A stretch of 52,739 nucleotides of DNA from a virus (Duplodnaviria > Caudoviricetes), in the IMG/VR virus record IMGVR_UViG_3300032125_000006, positions 1-52,739 of that record; one strand, written 5' to 3'. The first letter of the stretch is position 1, and each line of letters starts with the position of its first letter. The translations under genes were made by a program, and so were the position numbers. The notes beneath the pieces were generated by a model. That model was not told where the DNA came from, did no database searches, and was given only the letters and a program-made list of their open reading frames with translations. This document shows positions 48,336-52,739 of this stretch, piece after piece.

Positions 48336-48817
48336 GCAAGCCAGCCCGCAAAAAGACCAGCCGCGCCGTTATGTTCCGCGTAACGCCCGAAGGCACTCTG
48401 GCCCCAAACGATGACATCTCTCGTCAGACCCTGCGCAAGCGTGGCTTTCGTGTCGGGGATGTTCTTGCCGCTGACCCCAAGAAGCCGCGCAGCCTGCACA
48501 ACTGGCGCCGGGCTCACAAGCTCGGGCAGATGCTGGTGGAGAACATCGAAGACTTCCAGAGCATGGAGTCTCACGGCGTCCTGAAGCGTCTGCAAGTTGA
48601 GGGCGACATAGGGTGCGAGAAGTTGGCGATCAAGCTGCCAGGCTTCGGCGTCGTCTACCAAAACATTCCTTTGAGCCTGAACTTCTCCGATATGGACGAT
48701 GGCGAGTTTCACGCGATCTATGGCCAGTTCTGTCAGCACGTTATCGACAACTACTGGACCAGCATGACGCCGGATCAAATCGAGCAAATGGCGAACTTAG
48801 TGGGGTTGGCAGCATGA
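48332..48817 (+). CDS. NinB/DUF1367-like protein
   Basis: KPRSLHNWRRAH..PLSLNFSDMDDGEFHAIY. Confidence 0.6.
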   Translation: MSKPARKKTSRAVMFRVTPEGTLAPNDDISRQTLRKRGFRVGDVLAADPKKPRSLHNWRRAHKLGQMLVENIEDFQSMESHGVLKRLQVEGDIGCEKLAIKLPGFGVVYQNIPLSLNFSDMDDGEFHAIYGQFCQHVIDNYWTSMTPDQIEQMANLVGLAA

Positions 48818-49235
48818 TTATCCACATGAGCTTTTCAATCCCTTACCGCCTGCGCACAGAAGATGGCGGCTACGTGTATATGACCTGGCACCGGTACTGC
48901 GGACCAGATTTTTACCAGGACCGCGAGTGCAACCGAGAAATTGTCGAATGGTGGGCGGTGCCGGCGCTGGAAAGGGCGCTTGATTGGTTTATCGGCAGAG
49001 GTGAAAAGGCATGACCGAAGAAGAGCTAAAGCGCAGATATCAGCCCGTCAACATCTCAATGCGCAGTAACAGCATGAAGCGCCACGAATCGGCAAGGATC
49101 GAAGCACAGACCGCCGAGTTTCTGGCATCTGGCGGCAAGATCAAGTGCTCAGACGTGGGCCGGAGCAAGGCGGTGGATCTGACGTTTCGGCATTACGCCA
49201 TGAGCGCGATGGATGAAGTTGAGGGGGTGGAATGA
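48814..49235 (+). CDS. Two small hypothetical genes (48814-49014, 49011-49235)
   Basis: Coupled ORFs; the second has AEFLASGGKI. Confidence 0.55.
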
Positions 49236-49327
49236 AAGACGACAACTTTGTGAAGTTCGTTATTAGCCTGGGCATTGCAGTTTGCCTGATAGCGCTGACG
49301 TCCATGATTCCGGCTGGAGGTGGTTGA

Positions 49328-49963
49328 ATGAGAAAGTGCCGAGCCAAACAGTGCCGCCTGCCACTGCCGACCAAGAAGGCATCTACGCCCATTCAGGCTG
49401 CCGGCTTCTGCTCATACGATTGCGCCACCAAGCATGGCCTGCACCTGGCCAGCACGAACCGCGAGAAGGTCACCAAGGCTAAAAAGACCGAGGCTCGCAA
49501 GGATCTGCGCGACCTTAACCGGCGCAAAATTTCATGGCAGCACGACCAATGCCAGCCAGTGTTTAACCGCTTACGAGTGCAGGAGGAATTGCAGTGGTTC
49601 GCGGATCGGGGCCTTGACCCTGAGTGCATCTCCTGTGGCAAGACCAACATGGATTGGTGCTGTGGCCACCTTAAAACGGTGGGCGCTCAATCGGGATTGA
49701 GATATGACCCGCGCAACACGTTTTTGCAATGCAATATGTACTGCAATCAGTCGCTAAGCGGCAACTTGACGGGCAACAAAAACACGCGGGGCTACACGCA
49801 AGGCCTGGCTGACCGATTTGGCGCGGTAGAGGCGCAGCGAATCATCGACTACTGCGAGACAAAAACGGCGGCGGTTAAGTGGGACTGGCAGGAAATGGAA
49901 GCGTGGCGGAAAGAGTGGAACCAGCAAATTCGCGAAATCCAAAAAGTGAGGATGGCAGCATGA
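49328..49963 (+). CDS. ninG: NinG/Rap-family endonuclease
   Basis: FCSYDCA, CISCG, GHLKTVGA..LRYD..N...QC...CN..LSGN. Confidence 0.88.
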   Translation: MRKCRAKQCRLPLPTKKASTPIQAAGFCSYDCATKHGLHLASTNREKVTKAKKTEARKDLRDLNRRKISWQHDQCQPVFNRLRVQEELQWFADRGLDPECISCGKTNMDWCCGHLKTVGAQSGLRYDPRNTFLQCNMYCNQSLSGNLTGNKNTRGYTQGLADRFGAVEAQRIIDYCETKTAAVKWDWQEMEAWRKEWNQQIREIQKVRMAA

Positions 49964-51097
49964 TTAATCCAAACAAGCAGGAAGCGGCAGATCTGGCGCA
50001 CATTGCCGAGCATGTAAAAGAGTGGCCAAAGGGTGCCGATTTTATTTACCTGGGGCCAGGCGATGTTATCCACATCATTGAGGGCGGCGATTCAGCCGTC
50101 TGTAAGTACATAAATCGAGAGCAATGGGCGGCAGCCAGGACGCTGCTGGGGTATTGGTTCCCCGGAAAGGACGTGTGGCCCGACACTTCTTGTCCGGTTT
50201 GCGGTGAGGAACATTGTCAATACGAGGCTTTTCCTGGCATTTGCGGCGAATACGATAGCGGCACCGTTACCCTGGAGTTGGCGAGAGCGATTAATGGCGT
50301 GTGCGGCGATGCGCCGCCAGTAGGTCTGGCCTCAAAAATCCCAGACTGCACCGTGACGCCCGAAGAAGAAAAAGCTGATGGCATGAGCAAGGATCTGAAA
50401 TGGCTGGCAGAAAACGTAACGCAGTGGCAAGGGGATGATAAACACAAGTTCCTTTCCATCTCCGAAGTTGCTGGCGCGGTCTACTACGGCCCGCCGAAAG
50501 AAAAGAGCGAATTTACGTACGAAGAGTGGCTAGCGGCCCGCTATGAGTTGGAAGTCGGCATGACCCCATGGCATGAGCTACCGGCACACATAAAGATCAC
50601 CTATCAATCGCAGGCTCAGTATGAGCGCTGCCTGGCAGTGGAGAAGGGGCGATGATTGACGACGGGGAGCGCGACATAGTTGTTACTAGCGGGTGCTTAT
50701 TTAGATCCGAAAAAGCGAACGTGGTGGCTATCTGGTTAGCATTTGCCGAGCGCCCGGAGCCGATTGTTGACTTGAACGAAGGCCCCGGAAAAAGCCGAGG
50801 AAAGGGCAAGAGCCGAAAGCAGTGGGATAGGCGTTGATCCAGCTCACCGCAATCATAGCCGGTCAGCCCTGCACAATGCTGACCGGCGAGCCCATCAAAG
50901 AGGCTGCAAAGAGCTGCAAAGACAGGTTCGGCAAGAGGTTTGAGGGCTTCGACATGCCGGATTGGCAGCGGGCAGCGCATGAAAAGTGGGCAGCGTTTAT
51001 GGCGAAGGAGATTGACCGGCAGGAGTTGAATGATTGGCTGAAAGGGCAGGACGAAGAAGCGGCGATACGTGGGATTTTTAACCGGCTGAGGGGCTGA
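49960..51097 (+). CDS. Three hypothetical genes (49960-50655, 50652-50837, 50834-51097)
   Basis: Coupled ORFs; 49960-50655 has an internally repeated LA-hV-QW/EW...WxAAR module. Confidence 0.55.
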
Positions 51098-51099
51098 TT

Positions 51100-51600
51100 A
51101 TGGCGATGACTGAGCGCACAAATGAGACTAGAGCAGCACGTAAGCAGGCCGAGATAGTTGTGGATCTGTTCATTGACGTGTTGACCAACGGCAACGCGGA
51201 GATTGCCCTCGAAAGCCGCAGCGTGATTGGTGCGCTTGTGGACTTCCGTGGCGAGATACCGCGCTCGTCAGGATTTTCAGGCTTCTGCAAGCTGGCCGCC
51301 AAGATTGACCGGATGAAAAGAATTAGCCCCGTTAAGATGATGGCCTGCTATGTCGTCAACCGGCTGTCAGATAGGCAAGTGGGGGCCGTGGTGTGCGATA
51401 GAGCGTATCGAGGGCGGACAAAGGTAGCCATTGACCCCTTTCACCCTGACAAACCGCTAGAGGTCGCGCTGTGGGATGACGTGCGATGCGCTCAAAGTCT
51501 GCGGTGTACTGTGGCCACGTTCCGGCAGCGGATTTATGACGGTTATGGAAAGCTGGAATTTGTGCTGGGCGAGAATCAGCCGATGAAAAAAGCGGCATAA
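51100..51600 (+). CDS. Late-gene regulator (Q-like antiterminator, C-terminal HTH)
   Basis: Last early-right gene before a promoter plus terminator; CAQSLRCTVATFRQRI HTH-like segment. Confidence 0.6.
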   Translation: MAMTERTNETRAARKQAEIVVDLFIDVLTNGNAEIALESRSVIGALVDFRGEIPRSSGFSGFCKLAAKIDRMKRISPVKMMACYVVNRLSDRQVGAVVCDRAYRGRTKVAIDPFHPDKPLEVALWDDVRCAQSLRCTVATFRQRIYDGYGKLEFVLGENQPMKKAA

Positions 51601-51603
51601 CTT

Positions 51604-51658
51604 CTGTTATTTTGTACAGCCTGTACGTATTGACAGTTTTCTGATTACAGCGCACACT
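51604..51658 (+). promoter_or_regulatory. Late promoter (PR'-like) overlapped by two tandem LexA boxes
   Basis: CTGT-TATTTTGT-ACAG at 51604..51619; CTGT-ACGTATTG-ACAG at 51621..51636, containing the -35 TTGACA (51630); -10 CACACT at 51653 (17-nt spacer). Confidence 0.78.
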
Positions 51659-51685
51659 ATCTGCACTTGCTCGAAAGAGCCACCA

Positions 51686-51718
51686 AAGCCCGCAGGCCAC
51701 CACCTCGCGGGTTTTTTT
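51686..51718 (+). terminator. tR'-like intrinsic terminator
   Basis: AAGCCCGC...GCGGG followed by T7, about 25 nt after the predicted start site. Confidence 0.8.
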
Positions 51719-51755
51719 ATGCGTGTAAACCAACCAGCACCTGGAGTTAGAACCC

Positions 51756-51938
51756 ATGAGCGAGAAAAATGAAGTGACAGCGCAGTCAGCGATAACAGCC
51801 CTTGTTGGTCTTGCAGAAAAAGCGAAGACACCTGACGAGGCGCTGAAGTTTTCTCAAGCGGCCTGCAATAGTGCAAATGCGTTCAGAGTCTTGCTTGATA
51901 TACAGGTCAATTCCAAAGATCAAGGCATGAATGGCTAG
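51756..51938 (+). CDS. Small late protein (60 aa)
   Basis: GGAG RBS; DEALKFSQAACNSANA. Confidence 0.65.
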   Translation: MSEKNEVTAQSAITALVGLAEKAKTPDEALKFSQAACNSANAFRVLLDIQVNSKDQGMNG

Positions 51939-51944
51939 GTTTTT

Positions 51945-52175
51945 GTGTCCGGCCATACGACGTTGAGCGGCCCGTAATTCCATAGCTCACGGTGAGACTG
52001 GCGAACTCTTTGTAAAGCAATAGCCCTTAATCATGTTCCCGCTCTGCGAAAGCATCGGGCTTTAAGTCTGCATCAGCAGCATTTGCCAGCGGACGCGCTG
52101 GAAGTCCTGTTAGCCCTCTGCCTCGGTACGGTTAGCTGGGCGACCCCAATTCTAGCGGTCAGCTACGCCGCACCC
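51945..52175 (+). ncRNA. Candidate structured RNA between the small late gene and the endolysin
   Basis: Hairpins CTCA-CGG-TGAG, CCCG..TGC-GAAA-GCA..CGGG, CTGC-ATCA-GCAG and CCAGCG-GACG-CGCTGG; no credible ORF. Confidence 0.4.
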
Positions 52176-52179
52176 TTTG

Positions 52180-52199
52180 GCCCCTTGTGAGGGCTTTTT
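52180..52199 (+). terminator. Terminator-like hairpin just upstream of the endolysin
   Basis: GCCC-CTTGTGA-GGGC followed by T5. Confidence 0.55.
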
Positions 52200-52214
52200 A
52201 TTCCTGGAGGCTCC

Positions 52215-52637
52215 ATGGATCGCCAGCTACTCAGATCACAGCTTGAGCGACACGAAGGCCTGCGTCTCAAGCCCTACATCGACACAGTTGGTAAAACCAC
52301 AATCGCGTATGGCCGCAATCTGGATGACGTTGGCATAAGTCGTGACGAAGCCGACTTCATGCTTGCCAACGACATTGAAAAAGTTGATCGCCAGCTTTCG
52401 GTAGTAGATGAATACGCGATGCTCGACAAGACACGCCAGACTGTTATCGCAAATATGTGCTTCAACCTTGGGTTTCGTGGCCTGATGAATTTTTCGCGCA
52501 TGTGGACAGCCATCGGCAAAGGCGATTATGAAGAGGCTGCCAGGCAAATGTTGAGTTCAAAGTGGGCCAATCAAGTCGGTGCGCGCGCCGTTGAGCTGTC
52601 GGAGATTATGCAGACTGGCGAGACTGCCGATGGATGA
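52215..52637 (+). CDS. Endolysin, T4-lysozyme-like (GH24) muramidase
   Basis: E-x8-D-x5-T triad (HEGLRLKPYIDTVGKTT), NMCFNLG, SKWANQVGARA; GGAGG RBS. Confidence 0.93.
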   Translation: MDRQLLRSQLERHEGLRLKPYIDTVGKTTIAYGRNLDDVGISRDEADFMLANDIEKVDRQLSVVDEYAMLDKTRQTVIANMCFNLGFRGLMNFSRMWTAIGKGDYEEAARQMLSSKWANQVGARAVELSEIMQTGETADG

Positions 52638-52639
52638 TA

Positions 52640-52739
52640 CTGGTCGCCGTGGCTGGCACATCGACAAAGGGATACCTATTGCCGTAATCCTGGCGCTCCT
52701 TGGCATAGCTTATGCCGGCGTGCAGCGGCTATCGGCACA
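52640..52739 (+). repeat. Terminal direct repeat, identical to 1..100
   Basis: Direct comparison. Confidence 0.97.

Larger units (their letters stand above)
1..52739. mobile_element. Complete temperate phage genome (podovirus-type morphogenesis, lambdoid-like control region), circular/excised form with intact attP
   Basis: Lysis, packaging, head, short-tail, ejection, integration, immunity and replication modules are all present. No tape measure or tail tube gene is evident. The ends overlap by 100 bp and no host housekeeping genes are seen. Confidence 0.95.

Noticed and set aside
32144-50837. Shared SRGKGKxRKxW tail in ORFs 32144-32335 and 50652-50837
   Set aside because: A short basic low-complexity motif; the rest of the two proteins is unrelated, so no system can be inferred.
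51945-52175. tRNA or 5S rRNA-like gene
   Set aside because: No T-loop (TTCRA) or cloverleaf; the faint resemblance of CGGCCATACGACGTTGA to a 5S 5' end does not continue.
52640-52739. 100-bp terminal repeat as a biological DTR or attL/attR
   Set aside because: It falls in the middle of a lysis gene, far from the integrase and terminase; this is typical of an assembler overlap on a circular contig.

Overview
The window is most likely a complete, circularly assembled genome (52,639 bp plus a 100-bp terminal overlap) of a temperate podovirus-type phage. The host is a gammaproteobacterium (CTGT-N8-ACAG SOS boxes, spanins); a marine Marinobacter-like host is my impression only. Gene order: lysis cassette across the join; an antisense acyltransferase-3 moron plus three glycan-binding/Ig-like genes; TerS/TerL, portal, scaffold, major capsid, adaptor/nozzle and tail fibre; an ejection-protein operon ending in a 3226-aa polyvalent protein; a P4-type tyrosine integrase, attP and AlpA excisionase inside the leftward early operon (RecT/YqaJ); a cI/cro switch; antirepressor, replication and nin-type genes; a Q-like regulator. 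The most unusual signals are: (1) three perfect LexA boxes on late or virion promoters (two in tandem over the late-promoter -35, one upstream of the ejection operon), although CI has no autocleavage domain; (2) an attP core that reads as the first codons of trpG/pabA; (3) two heavily base-paired intergenic RNAs; (4) a glycan-modifying plus glycan-binding cassette between lysis and terminase; (5) the modular giant protein with repeated F/M-S-R junctions and a nested ORF. All family assignments come from motif recognition by eye; no database search was run.
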